Shown here piece after piece: positions 7,912 to 16,574 of a stretch of DNA of 24,000 nt. A program made the translations under genes and the position numbers. Source of the stretch: an uncultured archaeon (GTDB lineage Archaea > Asgardarchaeota > Thorarchaeia > Thorarchaeales > Thorarchaeaceae); contig CAZSWP010000003.1 of NCBI GenBank assembly GCA_964610875.1, positions 101,148 through 125,147 on the forward strand, in the 5' to 3' direction. The stretch's first letter is position 1; every line of letters starts with the position of its first letter. The notes beneath the pieces are model-generated. The model worked only from the letters and a program-made list of their open reading frames with translations, ran no database searches and had not been told where the DNA came from.

Positions 7912-8493
7912 GTGCGCAACTGTGAACTATGTGGTCGAAGCATGAAAGGCCGCGGTAGAAACGTTGAGATAGAAGGTGCCATGATGAATGTCTGCCCTCA
8001 ATGTGCTACCAAGTTTGGAAGACAGTCTTCTGACCATGACTCCAAAACCACCTCATCAACAAGACGAACAAAACCATCATGGGTAGGACGACCCGATGTG
8101 CAGACAACTAGGCCCTCCACAACATCCTCTCCAGTCGTACACCGGAAAAAACCCCAAAAATCACGTCCAAGAGGTGGTCCTTTGATAGACGACCTTGAAC
8201 TAGTTGATAATTATGCTTCAATCATTCGCAATGCAAGACAGAAAAAGGGGATGAATCAGGAGGAGCTAGCTCAGAAAATAGGTGAACGTATTACTACTCT
8301 TCAGTCCATTGAGGCAGGGCGATTGAAGCCTACACGGAAGGCAATTCGTGGACTGGAACGTGAGTTAGACGTCTCTCTTCTTGAAGCGGTTGGTACACCT
8401 CCACTGAAAGTGAGTAAGGGCAGAAGCTCTGGTGGACCTACTTTAGGTGATGTTGTAAAGGTAAAAAGGAAGAAATCACAAAAACAAGACTAA
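7912..8493 (+). CDS. mbf1: archaeal multiprotein-bridging factor 1 (zinc ribbon plus XRE-type HTH)
   Basis: 193 aa with a GTG start. N-terminal CELCGR...CPQC zinc ribbon, a Ser/Thr/Pro/Arg-rich linker, and a C-terminal HTH (RQKKGMNQEELAQKIGERITTLQSIEAGRLKP). Confidence 0.8.
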   Translation: MRNCELCGRSMKGRGRNVEIEGAMMNVCPQCATKFGRQSSDHDSKTTSSTRRTKPSWVGRPDVQTTRPSTTSSPVVHRKKPQKSRPRGGPLIDDLELVDNYASIIRNARQKKGMNQEELAQKIGERITTLQSIEAGRLKPTRKAIRGLERELDVSLLEAVGTPPLKVSKGRSSGGPTLGDVVKVKRKKSQKQD

Positions 8494-8656
8494 GCTCTTA
8501 TTCCGCGCAGCTTAACTAACCACAGAACAGCTCTTAAATAGTATATGAACATATATTATTATAGGTGCAAATTTCTCCCAAGTTTGGAACTTCTAATGGT
8601 CCAACAGATACAGTAGACTATCCGACTTATGATATTACCAAGGTGATTACATCAAA

Positions 8657-9187
8657 ATGGCACATCCGACTTTCAACAGTGACTTATTCAGATTAGTAGT
8701 AGAAGAAATAGCAGGAAAAGAAGGAGTAGATGTTGCTACAGTCTTGGTAAATGCAGATGAAACAACCGATGAAGAGATTGCTACTAAAACTGATTTGAAA
8801 TTGAATGTAGTTCGTCGTATTCTTTACAAATTACATGATAATCATCTTGCCTCATATCGTCGAATACGTGATACAAACACTGGATGGTTTCTTTATTATT
8901 GGAAGATTGACCCAAAGAAAGCACAAACCTTAGTGAACAGGAAAAAAAGAATGGTTCTCAACCTTCTTCAACAAAGACTGGAACATGAGAGTAACAATGA
9001 TTTGTATGCTTGTGTAAATCGGGATTCCTCACCTGTACCCTTCGAAGAAGCTATGAACCTTTCATTCAGATGTCCTACATGTAATCAACCTCTTGAGTAT
9101 GTTGATAACAAACAATCCGTTGATTTCCTTAAGAAGCGCGTTGAGGAATTAAAGGCTGACCTTGAGGCTACATCATCAACTACCTAG
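8657..9187 (+). CDS. tfe: transcription factor E, alpha subunit (TFIIE-alpha homologue)
   Basis: 176 aa. Winged-helix region TDEEIATKTDLKLNVVRRILYKLHDNHLASYRRIRDTNTGWFLYYWKI, followed by a Zn-ribbon-like YACV...FRCPTCNQPL. Confidence 0.85.
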   Translation: MAHPTFNSDLFRLVVEEIAGKEGVDVATVLVNADETTDEEIATKTDLKLNVVRRILYKLHDNHLASYRRIRDTNTGWFLYYWKIDPKKAQTLVNRKKRMVLNLLQQRLEHESNNDLYACVNRDSSPVPFEEAMNLSFRCPTCNQPLEYVDNKQSVDFLKKRVEELKADLEATSSTT

Positions 9188-9238
9188 GAATCATATGAAG
9201 GAACTCTAAGCATTATACTGAGAGGAGATTATAATTAA

Positions 9239-9994
9239 TTGAAAGAAATTGTACTAATGCCCAAAATTTACGGTCAATACCGTAATAGACTATCCAATCA
9301 GATAGAGTCAGATATTCACGAAATGGTGCGAGAATTAGATGCCAGAATAATGCGCTTCTCTCTTGACAATAGAGGTCATCCAAAACTCATTGTTGAAGGA
9401 AAGGACGAAGAATTTGTAATAAATGTATTACGAACTGAATTTGGTGAAGCACTAACATTTCATCAAGCACTTCCTAACACATCATATCATGGAAATTTAA
9501 TTGATGTTGGAAAGGTAGGCTATGGTCTTTATATTGACATTGGAATTGTCGAACCTGAATTTTCAGATGCTTTAATCCCATTGCATAGACTTAGAGAACA
9601 ACTCGATATGGAAGGCATGTCTACTCGAAAAATCGCAAAGAATCTAAATCTCGTTGATTATCTTCCAGTAGAAGTAACCATCATAGAAACAGACTCATCT
9701 GACTCAAAAATAGAGGCTGAATTTAGTGATGTTCTGCTACAGAGGCTTGAGAACTGGATCAATGATGACCATGAACGACTTCTTGTGTTTGGCGCCAATC
9801 GAGAGATGATTGAAACTGCTTTAGGCATAACACATCATCTTGAAGACATTTATGAATTCGAACAACTAGGGCATCTTGAGTTTGCACTGAGATGTAAAAG
9901 AAGTACACGTGCGTCAGGAATTCTTGCTGCTATAGGCCCAAAACTAAAGGGAGTTCCAATGCATCTCTTCATACCATCAGAAATAGAGAGATGA
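9239..9994 (+). CDS. conserved archaeal hypothetical protein with an S1/OB-like segment (possibly DUF2110-type)
   Basis: 251-aa ORF with a TTG start at 9239 and an alternative ATG at 9257. YHGNLIDVGKVGYGLYIDIGI resembles an S1-like OB strand pattern. The position directly downstream of tfe fits a conserved neighbourhood I recall, but this was not verified. Confidence 0.55.
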   Translation: MKEIVLMPKIYGQYRNRLSNQIESDIHEMVRELDARIMRFSLDNRGHPKLIVEGKDEEFVINVLRTEFGEALTFHQALPNTSYHGNLIDVGKVGYGLYIDIGIVEPEFSDALIPLHRLREQLDMEGMSTRKIAKNLNLVDYLPVEVTIIETDSSDSKIEAEFSDVLLQRLENWINDDHERLLVFGANREMIETALGITHHLEDIYEFEQLGHLEFALRCKRSTRASGILAAIGPKLKGVPMHLFIPSEIER

Positions 9995-10672
9995 ATGATG
10001 CCACGAATTGATGTTTGGCTTGTGGAACAGGGACTATTCAAATCAAGGCAGGCTGCAAAGAGAGCTATAAGGAATGGATACGTAAAAGTCAATGGGGTCA
10101 TAGCAAAGCCGTCTACCAAAATTTCTGGAAACGAATCGGTTGAGGTTTCCGATGATGCTAAAGATGTGCCACTTGGTTATACTAAACTAAGGCAGATAAA
10201 TCATCATCTCCATAACAGACTTATCCAATCTGGAATGAGAGCACTAGATATTGGTAGTTCTGTAGGAGGTTTTCTCAAGTATCTACTAGAAAAAGATGTC
10301 ATTGTAACAGGAATTGAAATTTCAGATGAATTCATACAAGAGTTAGAACATCTAGTAGAAGAATATGACACACTCTCATTGATTATAGATGATGCATTTC
10401 TCCTCGAGCCCTCAGAACTGTTTGAAAAAGAAGACTTTGATTTACTTCTCATTGATGTAACAACAGATCCGGATGGCACAATCTCACTAGCAGAGAAATA
10501 CTCCCTATTTGTGAAAAAAGGAGGGTACATGCTGCTGGCAATCAAATCACAAGAAGATGACCTCGAAAGAAAAACGATTGATCATGTACTCCAAGAATTA
10601 GGGTTCTCTGAATTACAAGTAATACAACTTGATGACTCAAAGAAGGAAATACACATAGTAGCTCTTCGCTAG
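9995..10672 (+). CDS. tlyA: TlyA-like S4-domain RNA 2'-O-methyltransferase (FtsJ fold)
   Basis: 225 aa. The N-terminal S4 motif is RIDVWLVEQGLFKSRQAAKRAIRNGYVKVNG. The SAM-binding motif is ALDIGSSVGGFLKYLL. The start codon abuts the stop of the upstream gene. Confidence 0.7.
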   Translation: MMPRIDVWLVEQGLFKSRQAAKRAIRNGYVKVNGVIAKPSTKISGNESVEVSDDAKDVPLGYTKLRQINHHLHNRLIQSGMRALDIGSSVGGFLKYLLEKDVIVTGIEISDEFIQELEHLVEEYDTLSLIIDDAFLLEPSELFEKEDFDLLLIDVTTDPDGTISLAEKYSLFVKKGGYMLLAIKSQEDDLERKTIDHVLQELGFSELQVIQLDDSKKEIHIVALR

Positions 10673-10682
10673 TAAGCAACTC

Positions 10683-10690
10683 TTTTATTG
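10683..10690 (+). promoter_or_regulatory. TATA-like box (TTTTATTG) for tRNA-Val
   Basis: AT-rich octamer 22-29 nt upstream of the mature tRNA 5' end at 10712. This is the spacing expected for archaeal TATA-to-TSS. Confidence 0.4.
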
Positions 10691-10711
10691 GGATTAGACT
10701 AGCGATGGATA

Positions 10712-10821
10712 GGGCCGCTAGTCTAGCCCGGCTATGATGTCTCGTTTACACCGAGAATTCGCATGAGCATCATGCTCATCGACATCGAAGGTCGCTGGTT
10801 CAAATCCGGCGCGGCCCACCA
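10712..10821 (+). tRNA. tRNA-Val (anticodon UAC, 10747-10749) with a ~32-nt intron at a non-canonical site (variable-loop region) and encoded CCA
   Basis: Hand-folded. Acceptor GGGCCGC/GCGGCCC, anticodon stem TCTCG/CGAGA with loop TTTACAC, T arm GCTGG-TTCAAAT-CCGGC, A73, CCA. There are 37 nt between the anticodon stem and the T stem where about 5 are expected. The insert contains the hairpin ATGAGCA/TGCTCAT. Confidence 0.85.
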
Positions 10822-10853
10822 CTTTTTCAACCTTGGACAAATAACAAAGGTTG
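10822..10853 (+). terminator. oligo-T tract (CTTTTTC) directly after tRNA-Val, followed by a 7-bp hairpin CAACCTT/AAGGTTG
   Basis: T5 run at 10823-10827. Perfect 7-bp inverted repeat, 10828-10834 with 10847-10853. Confidence 0.4.
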
Positions 10854-10856
10854 AAG

Positions 10857-10865
10857 AGTAAAAAC
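10857..10865 (+). promoter_or_regulatory. TATA-like box (AGTAAAAAC) for tRNA-Leu
   Basis: A-rich element 23-31 nt upstream of the tRNA-Leu 5' end (10888). Confidence 0.35.
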
Positions 10866-10887
10866 GCCCGAAAAAAGTCATGCAAAT

Positions 10888-11009
10888 GCGGGAGTAGCCA
10901 AGCCCGGTCAAAGGCGGTGGACTTAAGATCGGATGAATTACGGGGTCATTACGTATAGGACATCCACTCTCGTAGGAGTCCGTGGGTTCGAAGCCCACCT
11001 CCCGCACCA
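10888..11009 (+). tRNA. tRNA-Leu (anticodon UAA, 10924-10926) with a ~34-nt anticodon-loop intron, long variable arm and encoded CCA
   Basis: Hand-folded. Acceptor GCGGGAG/CTCCCGC, anticodon stem GTGGA/TCCAC, loop CTTAAGA plus insert (41 nt between the stem halves), 14-nt variable arm TCTCGTAGGAGTCC, T arm GTGGG-TTCGAAG-CCCAC, A73, CCA. Confidence 0.85.
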
Positions 11010-11065
11010 TCTTTTCTATTCAGATAGTCTTATTGGTAATCAGATGTTCCAACCACAAGAGTACA

Positions 11066-12385
11066 ATGACCTATAAAGACCTCATTTTTCCAGATGGATT
11101 TCAGTGGGGTAGTGCAGCATCAGCCCATCAGACTGAAGGAGATAATCACAATAACTGGAGCGACTGGGAAAAGATTCCTGGCAAGATAAAGGATGATAGC
11201 GACTCCAGTATTGCATGTGATCATTACAACAGGTATCAGGAAGACTTCGAACTGGCAAAACAGCTTGGGCATCAAGTCCATCGTTTCTCCATCGAATGGA
11301 GTCGGATTGAACCAAAACAGGGTGAATGGAATCTAAAGGAGATTGACCATTACAAGTCCGTAATCAAATCATTAATAGATCTTGATATTCAACCAATGGT
11401 CACACTTCACCATTTCACAGAGCCCATTTGGTTCAGAAACATTGGTTCATGGCTGAATCCTGAGTCTGCGGAAACATTTGCACCTTTTTGCCGAAAAGTT
11501 GCTGAAGCGTTTAATGAATTTGATATCATCTGGAATACCATAAACGAACCAATCATTGTTGCATCTCTAGGATATCTCTTTGGAGATTTTCCTCCAGAAA
11601 TCAAAGACTTTGGAAAGACCGTAGAAGTTGCAATGAATCTCCTCAAGGCACATGGTCAAGCGGCAACACAAATACGTGAAGTATACAGTGACTTAGGGAA
11701 GCTACAACCTCAGATTGCTCCTGTACTCAGTGTTTCATATTTCATGCCACATAATCCACAAAATGAAGATGACTTGGAACTGGTTGCATATCTTGATGAT
11801 CTCTACAATCACAACTGGATCAGGGGTGCCATAAAGGGAATACTTCCAGAACCAATGGGTGATGGTAGTAGATACAAGCCACTTGAAAAATCGGTAGATT
11901 TCATAGGTGTGAACTATTACAGTAGGATGGTAGTGTCCTCGGAGATGGATTTCACGTCAGGTGAGATGCCTCCTAAAGATCCCAATCTTGAGAGGTGTGA
12001 GGGTCTTGACTGGGAGGTCTATCCTGAAGGCTACTATCATGTTTTGAAATCTTACTGGGATTCATACAATAAACCTCTCTTTTTGACTGAGAATGGAATT
12101 GGAACTAGTGACGATACAGTCAAACAGCGATACTTGATTACACATCTTCAGCAGGTACACAGAGCGATTGAGGAAGGTGCAGATATTCGAGGATATCTAG
12201 TATGGTCTCTGACTGATAACTTTGAATGGGCTGAAGGTTTCAGTAGTCATTTTGGACTTGTTGAAGTAGACTATGAAACCTTAGAACGCACTCCACGAGA
12301 GAGTGCATTCATGTTTCGTGATATCATACAGAATAATGGTATAACCTCTGGACTCCAAAAGAAATACCTTGATTCGAAGCAATAA
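11066..12385 (+). CDS. glycoside hydrolase family 1 beta-glucosidase/beta-galactosidase
   Basis: 439 aa from ATG 11066. The first 28 codons of the track ORF overlap tRNA-Leu and are rejected. GH1 signatures are FPDGFQWGSAASAHQTEG, the NTINEP acid/base motif and the LTENGIG nucleophile motif. Confidence 0.85.
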   Translation: MTYKDLIFPDGFQWGSAASAHQTEGDNHNNWSDWEKIPGKIKDDSDSSIACDHYNRYQEDFELAKQLGHQVHRFSIEWSRIEPKQGEWNLKEIDHYKSVIKSLIDLDIQPMVTLHHFTEPIWFRNIGSWLNPESAETFAPFCRKVAEAFNEFDIIWNTINEPIIVASLGYLFGDFPPEIKDFGKTVEVAMNLLKAHGQAATQIREVYSDLGKLQPQIAPVLSVSYFMPHNPQNEDDLELVAYLDDLYNHNWIRGAIKGILPEPMGDGSRYKPLEKSVDFIGVNYYSRMVVSSEMDFTSGEMPPKDPNLERCEGLDWEVYPEGYYHVLKSYWDSYNKPLFLTENGIGTSDDTVKQRYLITHLQQVHRAIEEGADIRGYLVWSLTDNFEWAEGFSSHFGLVEVDYETLERTPRESAFMFRDIIQNNGITSGLQKKYLDSKQ

Positions 12386-12437
12386 TGATGTTCAAATAGA
12401 AACATCTAAAGCAACAACTGAGGCGGCATAGTCTACA

Positions 12438-13001
12438 ATGCCTTTTCAGACTTTTATTATCTCAGCATGTCTTATCTTAATTATGGAATTAGGTGATAAG
12501 ACCATGTTGACAGCAATGTGTCTTAGTGCACAGTACCGAAGGTCTGGTATTGTTCTTCTCGCAACGATGCTTGCATTGACATTCTCAACTATAATTGCGA
12601 TAGTCATAGCATGGATTCTTTCTGCAACACTACCTGTCGAAATTATAATCTACATCTCTGGATTTCTATTCATATTGCTTGGTATTCACTCGCTAGTCAA
12701 AAGTAATTCCGAAGAGGTAGACAACTGTGAAAATCCAGGGACATTCCTAAGTATGTTCTCACTGGTATTATTCTCAGAATTAGGCGATAAGAGTCAGCTA
12801 GCAACCTTAGCTCTTGCTGCACAATCACTGTATCCCCTGATGGTATTTGTTGGTGCTATTTTGGGATTTCTAATTGTGAACCTGCTAGGCGTTGTAGTGG
12901 GTAAGAAAACATCATCTAGAATTTCAATCAAGACTGTGAAGAAGGTAGCTGGTCTGGTCTTCATAGTGTTTGGTATTCTCATTATCTTTGGTTTTCTCTA
13001 G
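12438..13001 (+). CDS. UPF0016/GDT1-family membrane protein (putative Ca2+/Mn2+:H+ exchanger)
   Basis: 187 aa and polytopic. The duplicated signature E-x-G-D-K-[TS] appears as MELGDKT and SELGDKS, one in each half. Confidence 0.75.
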   Translation: MPFQTFIISACLILIMELGDKTMLTAMCLSAQYRRSGIVLLATMLALTFSTIIAIVIAWILSATLPVEIIIYISGFLFILLGIHSLVKSNSEEVDNCENPGTFLSMFSLVLFSELGDKSQLATLALAAQSLYPLMVFVGAILGFLIVNLLGVVVGKKTSSRISIKTVKKVAGLVFIVFGILIIFGFL

Positions 13002-13065
13002 TAAGACGAAGCCTTTATGACTCGCCTAAGAGGGAATCATTCGTAGCATTGAGGTGTGATATATA

Positions 13066-14418
13066 GTGAGTCTGGACGAGTCAGGATATACTGGATCTGT
13101 ATTACAATTAATAGCATCAGCCAATGCAAAAGTTGGCGACCAAGTCAAAATATCACACGATGATTCTGAGTTCATTGGAATCCTTATGCCACGCAGCCAA
13201 GTTGGTTCTGACCCTAATCATATTGTTATCAAACTTGAGAGCGGATATAATATCGGCATCAGATTGTCTGAAAACACTACACTTGAGAAAATCAAGACAC
13301 CTCGTAGACCGAAACGAAAGGATATTGAAACAACAACTCTAACTACGAAGGGGTTGCCTAAAGTCTCAGTATTGAGTACCGGTGGAACAATTGCAAGTAG
13401 AGTTGATTATCGTACTGGTGCCGTGAATCCCGCTCTAACAGCACAAGATTTCTATGATTCCATTCCTGAATTACAGGAACATGCAAACATAACAGCAAAG
13501 ATAATGATGAGTGTTCTCTCTGAGAATGTCCATCCCAGTGATTGGGAAAAAATAGCGCGTAGTGTTGCATCTCAAATACGCAATAGTGCAGATGGCGTTG
13601 TTGTTGCTCATGGTACTGATACTCTTGCTTTCACTGCAACCGCTCTTGCATTTGCACTACAAGATTTACCAGTACCAGTGGCACTTGTTGGTTCACAAAG
13701 GTCTTCTGATAGGCCATCATCCGATGCATCCTTGAATCTAATTGGTGCTATAGACTTAGTAGGACGGGTTCATGCGGCAGAAGTAATGGTTGTGATGCAT
13801 GGAGTACCAGATGACAGCTTTCTCTATGCTCACAGAGCTGCACGGTCTCGTAAACTACATACTAGCAGAAGGGATGCCTTTCAATCAGTCAATGCACTCC
13901 CTCTATTCAAGATTGATAATGGAGAATCGTTCGAACTCAATGTGCCTCTACGGCGACGTGACAAGGATAGAAAACTCAAATTAAAAGCAAAATTTGATGA
14001 TAGAGTTGCTCTAGTAAAGACACATCCTGGAATTCATGACTCTTTTATTACCAGTCTGATCGATAGTGACTACAAAGGTATAATCATAGAGGGCACAGGA
14101 CTTGGTCATATTCCTGAGTGCATCTATCCTGGAATTCGCAAAGCAATTGCGGAAGACATCATTGTTGCAATGACAAGCCAGTGCATAAACGGACGAGTGG
14201 ATATGAATGTCTATCGCACAGGAGTAGAGCTCCTTGAGATGGGAGTGATATCCTGTGAGGATATGTTGTCTGAGGTCGCTCTGGTAAAACTAATGTGGCT
14301 TTTAGCAAATCAGAAGGATTCGGATAAGATTCGAGTTCAGATGGTTCAATCTCTGGTAGGCGAGATAGATATGCGAAGTGAACTCTCTGAATATACTGGA
14401 AACTCGGAGTTGATGTAG
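13066..14418 (+). CDS. gatD: Glu-tRNA(Gln) amidotransferase subunit D
   Basis: 450 aa with a GTG start. Asparaginase-like core with LSTGGTIASRVDYRTGAV and VAHGTDTL motifs. Located immediately upstream of gatE. Confidence 0.9.
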   Translation: MSLDESGYTGSVLQLIASANAKVGDQVKISHDDSEFIGILMPRSQVGSDPNHIVIKLESGYNIGIRLSENTTLEKIKTPRRPKRKDIETTTLTTKGLPKVSVLSTGGTIASRVDYRTGAVNPALTAQDFYDSIPELQEHANITAKIMMSVLSENVHPSDWEKIARSVASQIRNSADGVVVAHGTDTLAFTATALAFALQDLPVPVALVGSQRSSDRPSSDASLNLIGAIDLVGRVHAAEVMVVMHGVPDDSFLYAHRAARSRKLHTSRRDAFQSVNALPLFKIDNGESFELNVPLRRRDKDRKLKLKAKFDDRVALVKTHPGIHDSFITSLIDSDYKGIIIEGTGLGHIPECIYPGIRKAIAEDIIVAMTSQCINGRVDMNVYRTGVELLEMGVISCEDMLSEVALVKLMWLLANQKDSDKIRVQMVQSLVGEIDMRSELSEYTGNSELM

Positions 14419-14419
14419 C

Positions 14420-16339
14420 ATGGTGTCTAAAGAACATTACAAGAAAATCAGACTCATGGTTGGCCTGGAACTCCATCAACAATTGGACACCTCAAGAAAA
14501 CTCTACTGTCATTGTCCTACACTCATCCGCGATGACGAACCTCATGGCAAAATCATTAGGCGACTCAGACCTACCAAAAGTGAGATGGGGGAGATTGATC
14601 CAGCAGCTCTCTTCGAGTTTCAAAGGAAGAAGCGATTCTGCTATGAATACTACAATGATAGCACATGTCTGGTAGAAGCAGATGAAGAACCTCCTCATGA
14701 CATCAGTAGCGAGGCAATCGACATATGTCTTACAATGGCAGAGTTTCTAGAGTCTACACCTGTAGATGAGATTCACCCTATGCGTAAAATCGTAATCGAC
14801 GGATCAAATACAACAGGATTCCAACGAACGGCTATTATCTCTCAAGGCGGGAGTGTTGAAGTCGAAGGGAAAACGATTGGAATTCAAGCCATCAGTCTGG
14901 AAGAAGATGCGGCAAGAAAAATTGATGAAGATGACAAGAACAACATGAGAATCTACCGTCTAGATCGTTTGGGCATCCCTCTGATTGAGATTGCTACAGC
15001 TCCAGATATCAACACACCTGATGAGGCGCAGAATGTAGCACTAACTCTTGGACTACTCTTGAGAGCTACAGGCAAGGTGAAGCGTGGACTTGGCACGATT
15101 CGACAAGATGTGAACATCTCAATTCAAGATGGTGCCATTATGGAAATCAAGGGGTTACAACAACTCGATTTACTCTCCGTGGTGGTAGAATATGAAGCAC
15201 TTCGACAAGAACGACTACTAAATATTAGAGATACTCTCATTGAACGCGGAATTACTCCGGATACTATCAAGGATGATATCGTCAATGTGACAGCTGAGCT
15301 ATCAAAAAGCGAATCGAAGGTCTTGAAGCGCGCTTTGAAAGCAGATGGCTCCATTTTTGCTGTCAAACTACCCGGTTTTGCAGGACTAATCGGTATGGAG
15401 ATACAACCCAATCGTCGACTCGGAACAGAATTATCCGATTATGCGAAGTTCTGGGGCAACGTGGGAGGGATATTCCATACTGATGAACTACCAAAACATG
15501 GGATAACCCAAGATGAAGTAGATAGAATACGAAAGACACTCAAGACAGAAGAAGAGGACGCCGTTGTACTAGTTGCTGCTGCAAAAGAGAATTGTATAGA
15601 TGCTCTTACTGCAGTTGTAGAGCGTGCAAGAGAGGCTGTAATTGGGGTCCCAGCTGAAACACGTACACCACTACCAAATGGTACATCAAAATACGCTCGT
15701 CCGCGACCTGGCGCAAGTCGAATGTATCCCGAAACCGATGTACGACCAGTAAAAATCACAGAATCACACCTTCGTAAAATCAAGAAAAATATGCCCGAAA
15801 CCCTTGAAGAGAAGGAGAAACGTTACATAGCTGAACACAAATTGAGCCAAGAACTCGCTTTACAAATGGCCAAGTCTTTGAATATGGACCTCTTTGAAAA
15901 ACTTGTAGAAGAAACTGGCGAAAGCCCAACTCTGATTGCGGCCACTCTTGAGAATACTGTTGTCAGTCTTCACCGAGATGAAATCCCAACAGAACAAATA
16001 ACTGACCAGCACTTCATCGAACTTTTCCACATGACCAAAAGGGGGAAGATAGCACAAGATGCGATAGCAGAAATCCTCACATATCTTGCAAACCATCCCA
16101 ATTTCAGTGTAGAAGATGCAATCGAAGCTAAAGGACTTGGTATAGTTGATCAAGATGAGTTAACCGCAACCATCAGAAAAATCGTTAAAGAACGAAAGGA
16201 CTACATTCTTGAAGCTGGTGATAGAGCTATTGGTGGTCTAATGGGTGCTGCCATGAAGGAGTTACGCGGGAAAGCCGATGGTAAGACTGTAAAGAATTTG
16301 ATAGCAGCTGAGGTAAAACGAGTTCTGGACTCATCATGA
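14420..16339 (+). CDS. gatE: Glu-tRNA(Gln) amidotransferase subunit E
   Basis: 639 aa. GatB/E-type core (GLELHQQL, CLVEADEEPPH, RPGASRMYPETD) with the archaeal insertion and a C-terminal YqeY-like tail. Starts 1 nt after the gatD stop. Confidence 0.9.
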   Translation: MVSKEHYKKIRLMVGLELHQQLDTSRKLYCHCPTLIRDDEPHGKIIRRLRPTKSEMGEIDPAALFEFQRKKRFCYEYYNDSTCLVEADEEPPHDISSEAIDICLTMAEFLESTPVDEIHPMRKIVIDGSNTTGFQRTAIISQGGSVEVEGKTIGIQAISLEEDAARKIDEDDKNNMRIYRLDRLGIPLIEIATAPDINTPDEAQNVALTLGLLLRATGKVKRGLGTIRQDVNISIQDGAIMEIKGLQQLDLLSVVVEYEALRQERLLNIRDTLIERGITPDTIKDDIVNVTAELSKSESKVLKRALKADGSIFAVKLPGFAGLIGMEIQPNRRLGTELSDYAKFWGNVGGIFHTDELPKHGITQDEVDRIRKTLKTEEEDAVVLVAAAKENCIDALTAVVERAREAVIGVPAETRTPLPNGTSKYARPRPGASRMYPETDVRPVKITESHLRKIKKNMPETLEEKEKRYIAEHKLSQELALQMAKSLNMDLFEKLVEETGESPTLIAATLENTVVSLHRDEIPTEQITDQHFIELFHMTKRGKIAQDAIAEILTYLANHPNFSVEDAIEAKGLGIVDQDELTATIRKIVKERKDYILEAGDRAIGGLMGAAMKELRGKADGKTVKNLIAAEVKRVLDSS

Positions 16340-16346
16340 TTTTTTT
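16340..16346 (+). terminator. oligo-T (T7) tract immediately after the gatE stop
   Basis: TGA at 16337-16339 is followed directly by TTTTTTT. Oligo-T is the established archaeal termination signal. Confidence 0.5.
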
Positions 16347-16436
16347 GTGAGGACGGCAACTTTAATAGCGCAACCCGCTGGTTTGCTCAAACTGTGGAAT
16401 CTGGGCTTTGTCCATTCCATTTTACCTGAGAAACGT

Positions 16437-16574
16437 GCCGCAGTGGCCTAGCCTGGCAGGGCGCGAGACTCATAATCTGATTGAACTACTCAATCAAAAA
16501 TATGGGGTCAACGTCTCGAAGGCCCGAGATGAGAAATCTCGAAGTCGAGGGCTCGAATCCCTCCTGCGGCACCA
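16437..16574 (+). tRNA. tRNA with CAU anticodon (elongator Met or Ile2; 16471-16473) carrying two introns (~38 nt in the anticodon loop, ~23 nt in the variable/T-arm region) and encoded CCA
   Basis: Hand-folded. Acceptor GCCGCAG/CTGCGGC, D arm GCCT-AGCCTGGCA-GGGC, anticodon stem CGAGA/TCTCG, loop CTCATAA, T arm GAGGG-CTCGAAT-CCCTC, A73, CCA. There are 45 nt between the anticodon stem halves and 28 nt between the anticodon stem and the T stem. It is not initiator-like: G1:C72, and no triple G:C in the anticodon stem. Confidence 0.8.

Noticed and set aside
10732-11065. ORF 10732-11010 (minus strand, 92 aa) and the first 28 codons of ORF 10982-12385.
   Set aside because: Both lie on top of the tRNA-Val and tRNA-Leu genes. 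The GH1 protein begins naturally at ATG 11066 (MTYKDLIFPDGFQWG).
645-15783. Numerous 60-140-aa antisense or off-frame ORFs inside the large CDSs (e.g. 645-905, 1462-1767, 2206-2628, 3270-3503, 6266-6487, 7068-7334, 10204-10545, 15124-15411, 15439-15783).
   Set aside because: Each is nested in a longer ORF with clear family motifs on the other strand or in another frame. Their translations are low-complexity or Ser/Pro/Arg-rich shadow sequences.
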